From: Podarcis tiliguerta | Lineage: Eukaryota | Assembly: GCA_965153285.1 (NCBI GenBank) | Contig: OZ229122.1 | DNA: 64,000 nt | Direction: 5' to 3' (one strand) | Part shown: positions 25,733 to 38,457 of the stretch, piece by piece | Position numbering within the stretch: position 1 is the stretch's first letter | Layout: the number at the start of each line of letters is the position of its first letter | Notes under the pieces: generated by a model | What the model was told of the DNA's origin: nothing | Seen by the model: the letters and a program-made list of their open reading frames with translations, nothing else | The model's database searches: none | Translations under genes and position numbers: made by a program

Positions 25733-28700
25733 CAAAACACCATAATTATGGAAACTGGTACTGTATATAAAAACCCCATTATCTTTTCATCCATACGTGG
25801 TTAGTTACCTTGGCATTGGAGCTGAATCTGAAAGTTGGGTTTTTAAATACACTTGGATGGAAGCAAGTGGATTTCCCTCTTGCCATTGGTTGGTGCTCTA
25901 ATAATGTGCAAGGCATGAATTATGTCACCAGATGTCATGACAAGCTCAGAGTACAAGAGAGATGTCCATTTGGCCCTCAAAGCAGCTGCTTACTTCAGTC
26001 AGTATCTATATTATGGAGGGGCAAATCATTCCGGTTCTGTGGGAGGAGAGTGAACATGTTTTACACATACAAGAAATCATGCAGGAGAGAGGCCAGTGAA
26101 GAAACATTGCATGATAGTGATCTCCTGGAGGGTGGGCTGGGGGGCTGGGGACCTGCTCCAAGTGGTGGAAGAAACAATAAGTAATACGAATTTTGTTATG
26201 AACAATCAGAGAGACTTGTTCAGAATGCGTACAGTCCTTGTTGTTGAGAAATCTGATTTCTGGTTGAGCCTCACTACAGCGAGACTCTTGCAATCCAGAT
26301 AAGCTCATTTGATTAGATCCACGAAAGAAACAAGAAGATACATTTAGGATGAACACTCCATTACTCCAGCACCCCCAACTCCAGGAGGAGGGCAAAGATT
26401 CTGCACCAACATTTCAGTGAGCAAAGGACATTATGTCAATTGCACGCATTTATAGAGTTATTTGGTTTCTTAAAAGTGGCCAGCAGTTGAGAATATATAC
26501 ACACTGCTTTTTGCATTAAAATCAAGGAAAATTAATTCTGCATACAGAAGTAACGGCCCCAGCGTTAAAGCTGCACCCAAAGTACTGCGCCAGCAAACAG
26601 CAGTTTGGGAAGGTGGCTGGGAGAAACTATGGGCAGGGCTTTCTTTCCATGGGAGCAGCCAAAGACATATGGTCATGTGCACAGAATTCAGCTGACTTTC
26701 ATTTAAGAAAAAGTAGAAGCATGGTTCTAGCCCTTGTGAATGCATATGGAAAGATTATATATGCAATTGGCCTGATGTTGTTATATCCTGCTTTTAAAAT
26801 TTTAATTAATTTAAATTTTAAATCAGTGGTAGATCAGCCCTCCTAATTTGGCTTGCTTTGCCATTTGGGCCAAGCCATGCCCATCTGACATCGGGCACAG
26901 GACACATAAAGCCAAGGCTGCAAGGGAATGTTCCTTTGCAGTCATGACTTGAGTTTGGTGCAGCAATCAGATACACTCAGGATGTATTCTTGATCGCTCC
27001 CGGGTGTATCAGACCACCAATTCCAAAAGCAGGCCTTTTTTGAATAGAGACATGCAGAAGATTGCTCTGTTAATGCTTGGAGTCTGGCAACATTGGCTAA
27101 CTATACATATACACATTTAAGATAGGGTGAACAATGAACACAGGAATTTTTTGGGGGGGGCAGGGGCGGGGAGTAGCTCTATGTATATAAGAGATAAAAT
27201 TTGGGTATTAATTATGAGCCTAACTTGTAAATCTATTTCCCTGTGGTTTTTCCCTGTGCCATCTTTTTGTTAATGTTCAGAATTATTGTTTTTGAAGTAT
27301 GCCATGCACAATGCTTGGCAAAAATCTCAGAACCCACTGAAGTAGCTGAATGAGATTTGCAATGAGCCGAATGCCCTGTAGATCTCCTTGCGGTCCTCAT
27401 AGCTAGCAAAACTAGAGTTATATATTAGTAAATACTGCATAATAAATTTATGCCGAAGTTAGAATGTAGGCTGGTTTTTCTGGTGGGGGACACATAAATT
27501 TACTTTTTTTTAAAAAAATGCACTGTGTACACACGGCCTTGGCCAAGGGTTCACAAGGATCTTGGACAACAAAGAAAGCAGGCTTGTACATTCCTAGTAG
27601 AGCAGATATGAGACACTTCCTGGTTACACTAGAATGGAAACTCAGTGCATCTTGCATCTTCTCCCCTGCTTCAATTTGCAGGCTACTCTGAGCTTACTAG
27701 CTGGAATTTGGTAGTCTGCTGAATATATTTCTAGCAATGCAGAAGAGATGTGAATATGTGATGGGTCACAGCTGTGTACAACTCAAGGGAGAAAACAGCA
27801 GCTTATTGTGGGGAAGTAGATACAAGACAAGGGCTTTCAAACTTGGCATCTTCAGGGACTTCTTTCACAGTTACACATATGTTCTCCTGCATGTTCCAGG
27901 GAAACGAGGGTTATGTTTTAGGGCACACACTTAGTTCATACACATGCATGTGTGTGTAATAGTGAAATTTGTTTAACTATAAAGGACAATCAAGCTGAGC
28001 CACAAATTTAGCTCTCAACTTCCTGGCCAAGTTCATGTGAGGCACTGAGCTAATCTTTTGGGTCTTGTCCTTGCTTTCCATGAATTGAGAATGTAACCCA
28101 ATATTCTCCTAAATCTGTATGTTGCACAGAAAAAAAATCAGAAGCAGAGGGCCAGCTGTATTTCAGGGAAGCTTGGTTGCCACCAGTGAACTTCTCAGTG
28201 TGGCACCCCCATGAGCTTTCCAAGGAATTTGCTGGAATTCCATTTAAAAACTGCTGCCATCTCTGTACAGTACATTGAAGTTTTCTGCCGACAGACCCTT
28301 CATGACTTCATACGTATCTCCCCAACTATAAGGGCTAGAAATGTATTTTTAAAAGGGGGGGGGGGGGTTCCTGAAAGCTAGGATCTGTGTGAGTCATCTT
28401 TCACTCCCACCACCCCCAGTTTGTGCAATTTTTTTGAAAACGAGCTCTAGTAATGTTCCATTAGGTTTTCCACTGCCCAGCTGCTGGCATTTCACAAGTA
28501 AAACTGTTGTGTTAATTAACCAGTAGTGGAAGCTGAAAAAAACAGGTTTGATTAGGCTGTACCTGCTGATAGACAAGGTCCGCCCATGCTCTGTCAGGTC
28601 GTACACATATTAGCTATTTCATGTTTGTGCATGTGTCAACAGAATGCTTTCAACTGCCGCATCCAAGCCATACCAAATTCTACCTGTGCTGTTTGTTACA

Positions 28701-29401
28701 TGCATTAGGTCTTTCACAAGTCATAACCTGGGGCAACAGGTTAGGGGTGAAGTTGTTCCATGTGACTGTTAAGAAATAGTGCATGCATAAACATGATTTT
28801 AAGAAGCAAGGATTTGCGCTACTCAAAGTATTTGCCATTTTGTTAAGCAACTAAAATTGGCTCAATACAGCATAGGTACACTCTTCCACATCTGATGATC
28901 AGACGTCTCCCCACATTTTATTTTTTTTTAGATTCTCCAAAGGAGGGTCCCCAAGTTTATTCAAGCAGGACTTTTTAGGATCCTGATCCTCATGTGTAGG
29001 ACATATTTACTCCCCCTTTCAATGCTCACCACCATCATTCTTGCCTCCTAAAATGCTAAACTTGGGCGCGACGACTCCTTAAGTTGTACCTTTTATACAC
29101 AACACCCAAAGAGGATGCGTGGCAATGAAGACTAGGACACCACCATCCAGCATAGGGCAGATGTCATGCAAAGTATGCTGTGACCCAAGGGTAAACAATT
29201 CAGGTGCAAAGTTGTTCCATGTGACATTCTAACTGAGCAGCAGCAACTCAAGAAATGTCACAATAGGCCTTTAAAAAATAATAACCCCATAATGTATGAA
29301 AACTGGTAATGCAGCTGCTGGGGCCAAAATGAGGGGGAGGTTTATTATCAACTACCTCCTTTGCACCCCCTTCATTCCCTTGAAACTCAATGTGATACCT
29401 T

Positions 29402-29760
29402 AAGGTAAAGGGACACCTGACCATTAGGTCCAGTCGTGACCGACTCTGGGGTTGTGCGCTCATCTCGCTCTATAGGCCAAGGGAGCCAGCGTTTGTCTGC
29501 AGACAGCTTCCGGGTCATGTGGCCAGCATGACTAAGCCGCTTCTGGTGAACCAGAGCAGCACACGGAAATGCCGTTTACCTTCCCGCCGGAACAGTCCCT
29601 ATTTATCTACTTGCACTTTGACGTGCTTTCAAACTGCTAGGTTGGCAGGAGCAGGGACCGAGCAATGGGAGCTCACCCCATCACGGGGATTCGAACCGCC
29701 GACCTTCTGATCGGCAAACCCTAGGCTCTGTGGTTTAACCCACAGCGCCACCCGTGTCCC
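29402..29760 (-). mobile_element. Sauria SINE, full length
   Basis: Reverse copy from the AAGGTAAAGG tail to the CAGCGCCACCCGTGTCCC head, with B-box GGTTCGAATCC. Confidence 0.92.
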
Positions 29761-30182
29761 TTACTTTGGGTTACTCATTATGGCTGCTGAGACTCCACAC
29801 TAGAAGGGAGGGGGGAGAGCATCTTCATCCCAGAGTATACCTTCCTAAGTAGTTTTTCCTCGGAGGATCTGAGGCAGTAAAGGAAGCGTGTTAAGCCAGA
29901 ATCTGCAAGACCCTGCATGAAAGGGGTGGTCAAATTCCTTCAGGTGAGCAGGTTTATGACAAGAGCAAAGAAATAAAATCAATGGCCACACGGCTGAATG
30001 GCAGCAATTGTGTTTTCCTCTGGAGAGAGGGAGGGAGGTGGAGAGGACGGAGAAGAGGAGAGACATGTCTGAGAACTCCGTGACAGCCTAAAAATGCCAA
30101 GGCCCAAAACATCAGGAAACTGAAGAAGGGAAAAGAAAAAAAGAGAAATGTTTAAATAAATGCCTGGGAGAAGTCTCTCCTT

Positions 30183-30188
30183 TTTATT
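30183..30188 (-). terminator. Likely distal poly(A) signal of CDK12 (AATAAA); proximal candidates at 31086-31096 and 31941-31946
   Basis: AATAAA on minus at the end of an apparently TE-free stretch of about 2.1 kb after the stop, with upstream UGUA (TGTACA) and a U-rich downstream tract. Confidence 0.7.
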
Positions 30189-32290
30189 TACCATATTCTG
30201 CATGTACAGTACTCTCTCTCTCTTTTTTCTTTGCATGTTAGGCATGAACTCATAACTGAATTAAAAAAACACACACATACAAAATTTACACTTGGAATTT
30301 TGCAAACTTACTACACTTTGCAGAATTGAAAGAAGCAGGTTGTGGGTTTTTTGTATGTTTGTCAATACAAGGTGGCACATATTAGACTGAACAGTGCCTA
30401 CCCCAACCTCCACAGAACTCTTTCTAAAGGCCGTTTCAACTCCCTTGTACCACATCAGGCTCTCCTATCCATGTGTTTTAAGGCATTTTTCCCTGCCCTC
30501 AGCAGCAGTGTGCTACACAGAGGCAGCTTTTCTTTTGTATTACACGAAAGCAAGAAGATCCCGTTCTTCTTTTGTAAAGACCAGAAGCTGGAGCTAAAAC
30601 TCCCTCTGCCCCCTGCAATTTCTGACATGCTTCTCCCCTTTGAACACTGTCAAGTTTAAAAGGAGAATGATTTCCCCCCCGAGAAATTAGTCACCCCTCC
30701 AAGTTTCCACTTTTTTGGAAGAAAAAAAAAACGCCCGCAAAAAAACAAAAACAGGCTTGCTGTCCTTCACAGTAAAAATCTACGTTTTAGAAAATATTTT
30801 GGGGGAAACAAATTAACCAGAGCAGGTGGAACTGCTAAAGCTGTTAAAAGTATATAAATATAAACTGATCCTCACTGCAGTATCAGTGAGGAAAGCTGCG
30901 GATAGGCTGCTTTTTAACATTGACAACAACGAAATCGCACAAGAGACAGTAAACACTTGTTAACCATTCGGAAGATTGAAAACGCCGATCTTGCTTGTTC
31001 GGCTCCCATCTGCCCCGACCGCTCTCGGCTTCAATCTTAAGCTCACTCCACCCCGAAGAACTTAAGGATTACAAAGCTTTTGGTTTTTATTTTATTTTCA
31101 GCCATTTACTTTGGCCTTAAGAACTTCAACAAAAAGACACTCACCATTCTTAAGAGAGAAAATTTAAAAAAAGGAAGAAGAAAACATCCAAAAGTCAACG
31201 GACTCGTGGACACTACAGAAATTCAGTTCAGCTAAAGGTCTGGAAGGTGAGTATGAGACAGCACGAGGCCTTTCACAGTAAAACAAGGGACACCTAGCCA
31301 GGAGAAGAATGGTAGCATCCTGTCTTTTCATCATGGGAAGAAGATGTGGCTAAGAAGGGGGCGGGGAGAGAAATAATCCCGGATCTTACAGAACATAAAC
31401 AGAATCCTCCCAATTCAGTATAAAAGGCATGTAGGCACCATCTGACAAATCTTGAAATTCAAGGAGGCAAAGGAAAACAAAACAACGCATTGCCTTTGCA
31501 ATACTGAGGCTGGATCTTACACATACAGCGGAACGATGCGGCAGAATGAGTTTTACCACTGGGGGTGGGTGGAAGAACTGTCCTTTTCTGAATGCTCCTC
31601 TTCCCCCTTTTTATAATATATATATATATATTTTAAACCCATCATTTTGCCTCCTGGAAAACAACAAGGCTAGCACAATGGAGAGAGGGACTGGGCTACA
31701 ATCTCACTCGCAGGTGTGCTAGGCTTTCTGTGTGCAGGGAGGCAAGTTGTAGTGTGTGTTCGTGCGCATGGATTCAAAAAAGGTAGGTTCTCCGGCCTGC
31801 AGCCTGGAGCAGTACGGCTCTTTCTGCCACCTCATTCTGCTGCAGAGGAAACGATTCCGTTTTTTCCAGACTCTCAGCGGGGCTCACTCTCACAAATAAA
31901 TGGCTCAAGGCTAGCAAACACATTCGGTTCATGTTTCCAATTTATTATTATGACTTCTTTAAGGGTTCTTTCCTTCTCCTGCCATCTTTGAGTGGGGAAA
32001 CCCAAATCAGTAGGTCTTTGGGTATGGGAAGATGTAAAAAAAAAGGAAGAAGGGAGGGGGGAAGGCCAAGGTCTTCATTCTAAAGCCCCATGGTGGAGTG
32101 GGGGAGAGAACAGCAGCAGCAGTCTGGTGAGCAGAAAGGGAGCAGGGGGGAAAGTATCAACAATAAACCATTTCTGTGGTGGGCTGGAGGCTTGCCCTGA
32201 CAAACCGGCTGCTGAAAAGGTCAAGGGGGAAAAGGACGGTAAAACACCACTGAAAAAAAAAGGTACCAATTCCCCCCTCTCCAGTCATTT

Positions 32291-33006
32291 TTAGTAAGGT
32301 AACCCTCTTCCTCGACCTCCTCTTGGAGGCAATCTACTCTGCCCGCGAAAGGCTTTTCCGTAAGCAGCGGATTGGACCGGGTTCCCCCACGTGTGACTTG
32401 TTCCTGTGTCACTAGAACTAGCGTTTGCCACTCCCACCTCACTGTAGTTGTGAATTTTGGCCTCTGGGTGCACCAGTGTGTTGTTGCTCCCCTCGGTGGC
32501 TTTGATGAAGGACTGGCCAACGGCAGAATGCATCCCTAAGGGGATCCGGGCGAAACGGAGATCCTGGTCCCCCGGGAACTGAACCGATCCTGCGCCCTGG
32601 TAGCTGCTTGACTCCCCGAGGTGACTTGCGGAGCCCAGAAATGTCCTACTTTTCCCCAAGGTCTGAGGCGACGTCTCCGCTGTTAAAGTCTGGCTGGAGT
32701 TCCGCTCGTCGACGTCGAAGCTGCTTCCCTCGGTCCCGTCGGTGCTGTAAGTCCTGGATGAGCTTTGCGACCGGGTATAATCCGAGGAAGGCCTCACAGC
32801 TTGGGGTTCGTGCTCCGGGTGGCTCGGCAGCCCTGCCTCTTGCTGGGATAAAAGGTGGAGGAGGGCAGCCGTCACGGCCGGGTTAAAGTCCTGAGCTGCG
32901 TTGGAGATGCTCTCCTCGGCCAGGCTGGGTGGTGGCGGCGGTGGCAGCGGCGGAGGTCCTGGAGGCTCCGGGGGTCTCTTCTCTGGTGGGAGAATGTGAG
33001 GACAGG
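32291..33006 (-). CDS. CDK12: CDK12 exon 14 (terminal coding part, stop TAA)
   Basis: ACPHILPPEKRPPEPPGPPP...NPAVTAALLHLLSQ...VQFPGDQDLRFAR...RGGRGRGLPY*. Confidence 0.95.
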
Positions 33007-33383
33007 CTGTGGAATGGTTACTTCTTTTAAACACCGTCTTAAAAGTCACACGTGAACAAACATCAAAACATTTCAGACACGGACTCATGGGGAGGGGGCC
33101 ACAGCACATGCTCTGCGTACAAAAGACCCCAGGTGACCGCCCGCCAGAAGGCTCTGAGATAGCAAGGCTTGACAGGCCTCTTCCCGAGATCTTTGAGAGC
33201 TGCAACTAAGTCGGGGAAATGGTAGGAGGTACAGAATTCTAAGTAGGGCTAGGTGTGTGTACTCATGATGTTTTTAAAGGAACAGAAACAAAAACAAAAC
33301 TTAATTAACCAAGGAAACCCACATTGTGTGACATGAATAGAAAATGGAAAAACGAAAAAAAGGTTATTCTATTTGCTTCATAT

Positions 33384-33617
33384 TACAGTCATACCTCGGG
33401 TTACAGACGGTTCAGGTTGCGTTATTTTGGGTTATGGACCCGCTGAAACCCGGAAGTACCGGAACGGGTTACTTCTGGGTTTCGGGGATCGCGCATGCGC
33501 AGAAGCGCTGAATTGCAACCCGCGCGTGTGCAGACGCGGCACTGCAGGTTGCGAATGCTGCGGGTTGCAAACGTGTATCCCGCACAGATCACGTTCACAA
33601 CCCGCGCATCCACGGTA
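33384..33617. mobile_element. Tc1/Mariner-like MITE, CpG-rich, in CDK12 intron 13
   Basis: TA-CAGTCATACCTCGGGTT...AACCCGCGCATCCACGG-TA, imperfect TIRs. Confidence 0.75.
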
Positions 33618-33753
33618 CTATGTTCATTTTACTATGGCTAGTCATGGGGAGTTGCAAAGTCCTAGGGCAGAGCCCCAAAGTCCCACCCACAGGGCTGAGC
33701 CCCTCCTTTAGCATTTGAGAATTTAGCAAATATTGCCAACATGCTTTTGAGAG

Positions 33754-34047
33754 TACAGTGGTGCCCCACAAGACGAATGCCTCGCAAGACGGAAAACCCG
33801 CTAGACAAAAGGGTTTTCCGTTTTGGAGGTGCTTTGCAGGACAAATTTCTCTATGGGCTTGCTTCGCAAGACGAAAATGTCTTGCGATTCCTGGGGTTTT
33901 TCCCCCGCTCCCCACCCCCTTTTTCTAAGGCACTAAGCTGCTAAGGGATTAGCTGCTAAAAGGCTATTAAGCCTTTAATAGCCGCTAATAGCGCTAATCC
34001 GCTAATAGGGTTGCTTACGATTTTTCGTCTTGCGAGGCACCACTGTA
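33754..34047. mobile_element. Tc1/Mariner MITE in CDK12 intron 13
   Basis: TA-CAGTGGTGCCCCACAAGACGAA...TTCGTCTTGCGAGGCACCACTG-TA. Confidence 0.88.
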
Positions 34048-34931
34048 TCTCTGCAAACAAAAGGAGTAGAAACATGCTCCTTTAAAAAGCAAACGAAAGG
34101 AAGAAAACTTGTGCCTTCACCCAGGTGGGGTAAGATTTCCTCTTAACCCATTTCCCCAACAAAGAAGTTCAGCTCCTGTTTTCCTTCTAGCTTAGCCAGA
34201 CTCAAAAAGAATTTTTAGGAGTTTCCATCGTATTCTCAGGGTGCATTATGACATTTAAAAACGAAAGTTATGGTACGTTAAACATACACGCAGTGTAGCA
34301 AGCAAAGAGGTATGAGAAACACTTGATCAAAACATTCAGGGTGGGGGGAAACCCACATGGCAGAAAGCCTCCCATGACTATCATTTCAGAATGTGGGGCG
34401 GGGGGTGGGGGTGGGAGGGGAGAACTGCTTATTTAAAATGCTTTCTTTACACATGGAAAGACAGCACAGGCAGAACAAGTGCTCTAGCCCTGCCTTCTCA
34501 TTGCCATGTCAGCTTCTTACGTGTATGGAAGTTTAGGCCTGGAGAATATTTACGAAGTCAGCCCCCAAATTGCTTTCTAATGTGGTAGAATCCACATGAG
34601 ATTATCTGTCTGAATGTCGGAACCAGCCCTGTGTAGTAGGTCTTACAGTGGCTGCCACTACTTAAATTCAGGTGGCAATTCTGATGTGCAAATGGTTTCC
34701 GACTCTTAAAGGAGATTGTATTATTGTTTGGCCTTAACGCAGGAGGGAGCAGCCTGACCAGGAACTTCTGAGGGGGATTTTGCTGCCAGATTCCACACAC
34801 ACTCAAGAGAAGACTACCAGGCTTGGTTAAAGAATATTCAAAGTGCTTTTTATTTACCGCTTGGAAAGCCCCCGCATCCTTTCCCTCCTTATGTCCCAGT
34901 AGCAAGAGGGGGGGATGCTGCGCTTATTTAC

Positions 34932-35381
34932 CTGTAGTTTCCTCCTGAGGCAAAGTGGGGGTCTTCTGCGGCCCCCGCAGCTCACTGCTCTTCTCCCCAT
35001 TGTTCTCCTCCGCGTTTCCTGCCGGCTCCTGGGTCTTGATGAGCTGGCTCAGCAAAACCGCCAGCATGCTCTGCATGTCTCCCTGAGTGTTCGCCACTTC
35101 TGGGGTGGCTTGCTCTTCTGACGGCTGGGCTGGCGGGGGCGGCTCCTCAACTGCTGCTTCCTCTTCGGACGCTTTCTGAGAGTCCTGCGGCTGCGTGGTG
35201 GCTTCATTGAGTGCGTTGATGGACTGGTTGAGGGCTTCCAGCTGTTGCTGCATCTCCGGGTTTGAGTGGATGTTGAGCAGCTGAGCCATCTGCGGGACGC
35301 TAAGGTCCGTCTGGCTCTGCAACAAGTTCAGCAAGACAGCCAGCTCGCTCTGATTCAGCTGCTGCGTGATGTCACCGAGGC
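34932..35381 (-). CDS. CDK12: CDK12 exon 13
   Basis: GLGDITQQLNQSELAVLLNLLQSQTDLSVPQMAQLLNIHSNPEMQQQLEALNQSI...; CAGCAG acceptor; donor AG|gtaaat. Confidence 0.93.
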
Positions 35382-35859
35382 CTGCTGCAAACGCCAAGGA
35401 AAGCCGCCAGAGGACAAAAAACAAAACACAAAACAGAGTGTTAGGAATGGACTAGCAGAAGGCAGTCCATAAGCAACCACCCATCCACATGCGCCATCAG
35501 ACACCTGCCTCCCTCTGCCTTCTACAAGAGACTGACAACAACAACCAAAATCAGAGCTATTAAGGGCATGGAGAGTCCAAGGATGGAGACAGGGTGGGGA
35601 GCCATTCTCAGGATGAGCACCCCCTCATCTGACAGACCAGGAAGTGCTCTGTGCCCTACTGATGGGTTTGTGGGTGTGGGTTAGTGGGTGTGGACAGGAA
35701 GCCACAGGAGGTTTCAGTCTTGCTCCTGTATAGACACAGACCTAGTGCTACTCTGGAATCTTTTCTATTCAACCCAGCTAATAATAAAATAAATAATAAT
35801 AATACCACCCTTCCACCTGACTGGGTTGCCCCAGTTTCACTTTCCTACTAGTCCATGCT

Positions 35860-36075
35860 ATCTTCAGCTATCACCTGTTGGGTTTGTCATCTCAGATCAC
35901 TCAGACCAATTGACTCATTCTGTCCGAGAATCTGATAGGGTCACTCTGGTGAATGGCTTAAGTCAGGAGAGAGACACGTGGAGAGTGATCCTACTGATTC
36001 CCATGGACCTCTCGGACACTTCAATATCATCAACCTTGATAGCCTTCTGGAAACACTCTCCAAGTTGGAAGTCCT
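35860..36075 (+). mobile_element. L2/CR1-type reverse-transcriptase remnant
   Basis: LVNGLSQERDTWRVILLIPMDLSDT resembles the RT motif LILLDLSAAFDT. Confidence 0.6.
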
Positions 36076-36412
36076 GATTAATTAGTTGACAGTCCTTCTG
36101 CCAATGCATCTGTCTGCATCTTAGCTTGCTGCTTCCTGCTATGTGGGTCCTGCACCAAACTGATGGTTTTCCCAAGTGTGAGACATAACAGCTGTATTCC
36201 CCTTGTCACTTTTTTGGGGGGTGGGGGAAGGGGCTGGAGATCTGGCTTCAGAATATCACCTTTTACATTAAAGCTCAACCCAGTTGCCTCTGTCGAAAGG
36301 AGCAAAAGCAACCAGCAGCCAGCTGGATGACAAAAAGGAACCAAGGGTAGTAAGAAGACAGCCCAGTCTAGCTAACTAAAGCTATAGCTGTTACCCCAGG
36401 CTATACACTGAC

Positions 36413-36627
36413 CGAATGAGTCTACAGCGCAAGGTTGTGTTTTGATCGGAGCAGGCTGTGGCTGTACAGGACTGCTGTGATTCTTGATAGCATCTGTGCT
36501 TATTACGGAGGCTGTCTCCTTTCGGGAAACCTTGGCCGAGGGGGGTTCCTCTACCACGATCCCACTCTGCCGTTGCCGCCGCCGCTTCTTGCTCCACAAT
36601 TCGTGGCAGTCTTGCCAGTGAGGAAGG
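36413..36627 (-). CDS. CDK12: CDK12 exon 12 (kinase C-terminal extension, DCHEL, polybasic cluster)
   Basis: LPHWQDCHELWSKKRRRQRQSG...; donor CG|gtcagt (second in-frame donor 18 nt downstream). Confidence 0.92.
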
Positions 36628-37664
36628 CTGCAGAAAGACAGCAAATGGACCTTTGTTGAGAAGGGAGCAATGAAGTTGGGGCAGAAGCCCGGAAGACAAA
36701 TTCTGACACTGGGTGACCGCCCCTGCTTGTCTGATGCCACACCGGTCCCAAATGCTCAGTACAAAGATTCCCTCTTCTTTCCCAAGCTTTTAGCACATTA
36801 TGGAGAACTGGGTGTGGGTGGGTGTGCTTTTACTATCTCAGGTATTAGACCAACCCTGCCCATCCTGAGTTATTTGGCATGAATGGAGAACTTAAGAGAA
36901 AGGGCAGGTCAGTCTCTTATTACCCGACAAGCCTTACAAAAGAAGCTAGATTTGCACAACTTTTGCCCAAAATCTCAGTATGACACAACCCTTCCTGGAG
37001 TCCTCTGTGTGTGGCAAAGGGCTCAGGGGACGCAAAGGATTGGGTCAGGTCAGTAACACAGGTAAGCTAAGCCAAATTTAGGGGACCTTACAGATAACCT
37101 TTTCATGAAGACTTAAGAGATGTACTTTGAGCTGTGCTGCAGAGTCAATTTTGGGGCTGCAGATATGCTTGGGTGTGTGGAGGCTGAAGTCTTCCTGTTG
37201 CCTCTGAATATGAATGAGGCAGGCAAAGACAGGGAGCAAAAAAAATCCTTTCCTAGATCCTCTTGCCTTACAAGGTGGGGTTGGGGTGTCAGGTTAAGCA
37301 GGTGATATCCTTTCTCATTGCACACAGAAGGAGCATACACTGAGGCTGAAACACATAACAGAAGCCATTTAATTCCCCCGAGGTTAAACGGGCTCACAAA
37401 CCAGGGCTGAGGTTACCTTTCCACTCCAACGTGTCACCACAATATGCAGCTTCTGCTGCGATGGTTAAGTGGGCACCTGTTGGTGCCAGTAGCGTTCTGT
37501 GGTCTGAACTGTGCAGATCGCTCTGTGTGGATCTGTGGGTTAGCTAGCCCCGCCTTGCTACAAATCCAAGCACTCCACTCTCAATGCACCTTTAAAAGGC
37601 TAGGACATATTTCAGTCCCCCCCCCCTGCAGGCTCACTTTCCCAAGGAACAGTGAGGTGCTTAC

Positions 37665-37796
37665 TCTGGAGGGTCCATCTTGCTGACATCAACGTCCTTC
37701 AGGAAGTCACTTTGCAAGGCTTGCTCTGCTGTGCATCGTTTACTGGGGTCCAGCGTGAGCATATGGTCCAATAGGTCAAGAGCAGCAGAAGGGATG
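37665..37796 (-). CDS. CDK12: CDK12 exon 11
   Basis: [43 protein letters not shown]; 132 nt. Confidence 0.96.
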
Positions 37797-38116
37797 CTGA
37801 GAGAAGAGAGAGAAAATGAAGAAAACAACAACAACCCACAAACAGTCCCCATTACGGCAATAACAAGCACTGCTCTTCTGCACACATGTTATCTCTTAAT
37901 TCCCTGTCCCCGATGCCCTGGGTTATATTCATCACTAGTCCTACTCAGAATAAATCCACTGACGTTAGGAGACATGATTAATTTAGGTTCATTCATTTCA
38001 ACCAGTTTCCTCGGAGTAGGACTTAGTTGAATCCATACCCCTGCCCTTTATAAGCAGGCCAATATTATTACTCCTAGGACTGAGCTAGTGGCTTGCGCAA
38101 CACAACCCAAGTGCAT

Positions 38117-38362
38117 TACAGTGGTACCATGGTACTCAAATGGCTTGGCTCCCAAACAAATCGGCTCCTGAACGCCACAAACCCAGAAATAAGTGTTCTG
38201 GTTTGCAAACTTTTTTGGGAGCCAAACGTTTAACACAGTTTCTGCTTGAGTGCAAGAAGCTCCTGCAGCCAATCGGAAGCCGCGTCTTGGTTTTCAAACG
38301 GTTTCAGGAGTTGAATGGACTCCCGGAACAGATTTAAGCTCAAGAACCGAGGTACCACTGTA
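38117..38362. mobile_element. Tc1/Mariner MITE in CDK12 intron 10
   Basis: TA-CAGTGGTACC...GGTACCACTG-TA. Confidence 0.88.
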
Positions 38363-38457
38363 TTCTTCTAGCTAAACTGAAATTTGATGATGAATCCATT
38401 CTGAGCTGGGAGACAATGACCTGCACACAGTTTCTAGATAGAAAGTCACTTTGAAAC

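Noticed and set aside
26040-26400. Possible decayed hAT transposase (VVEKSDFWLSL)
   Set aside because: Similarity too weak to support without an HMM search.
1-30000. NEUROD2 or another protein-coding gene in the left half
   Set aside because: No bHLH or other coding exon found; NEUROD2 is only a synteny inference outside the window.
30869-30892. Iron-responsive element
   Set aside because: Loop CAGTAT is not CAGWGH, lies on the antisense strand, and there is no C bulge.
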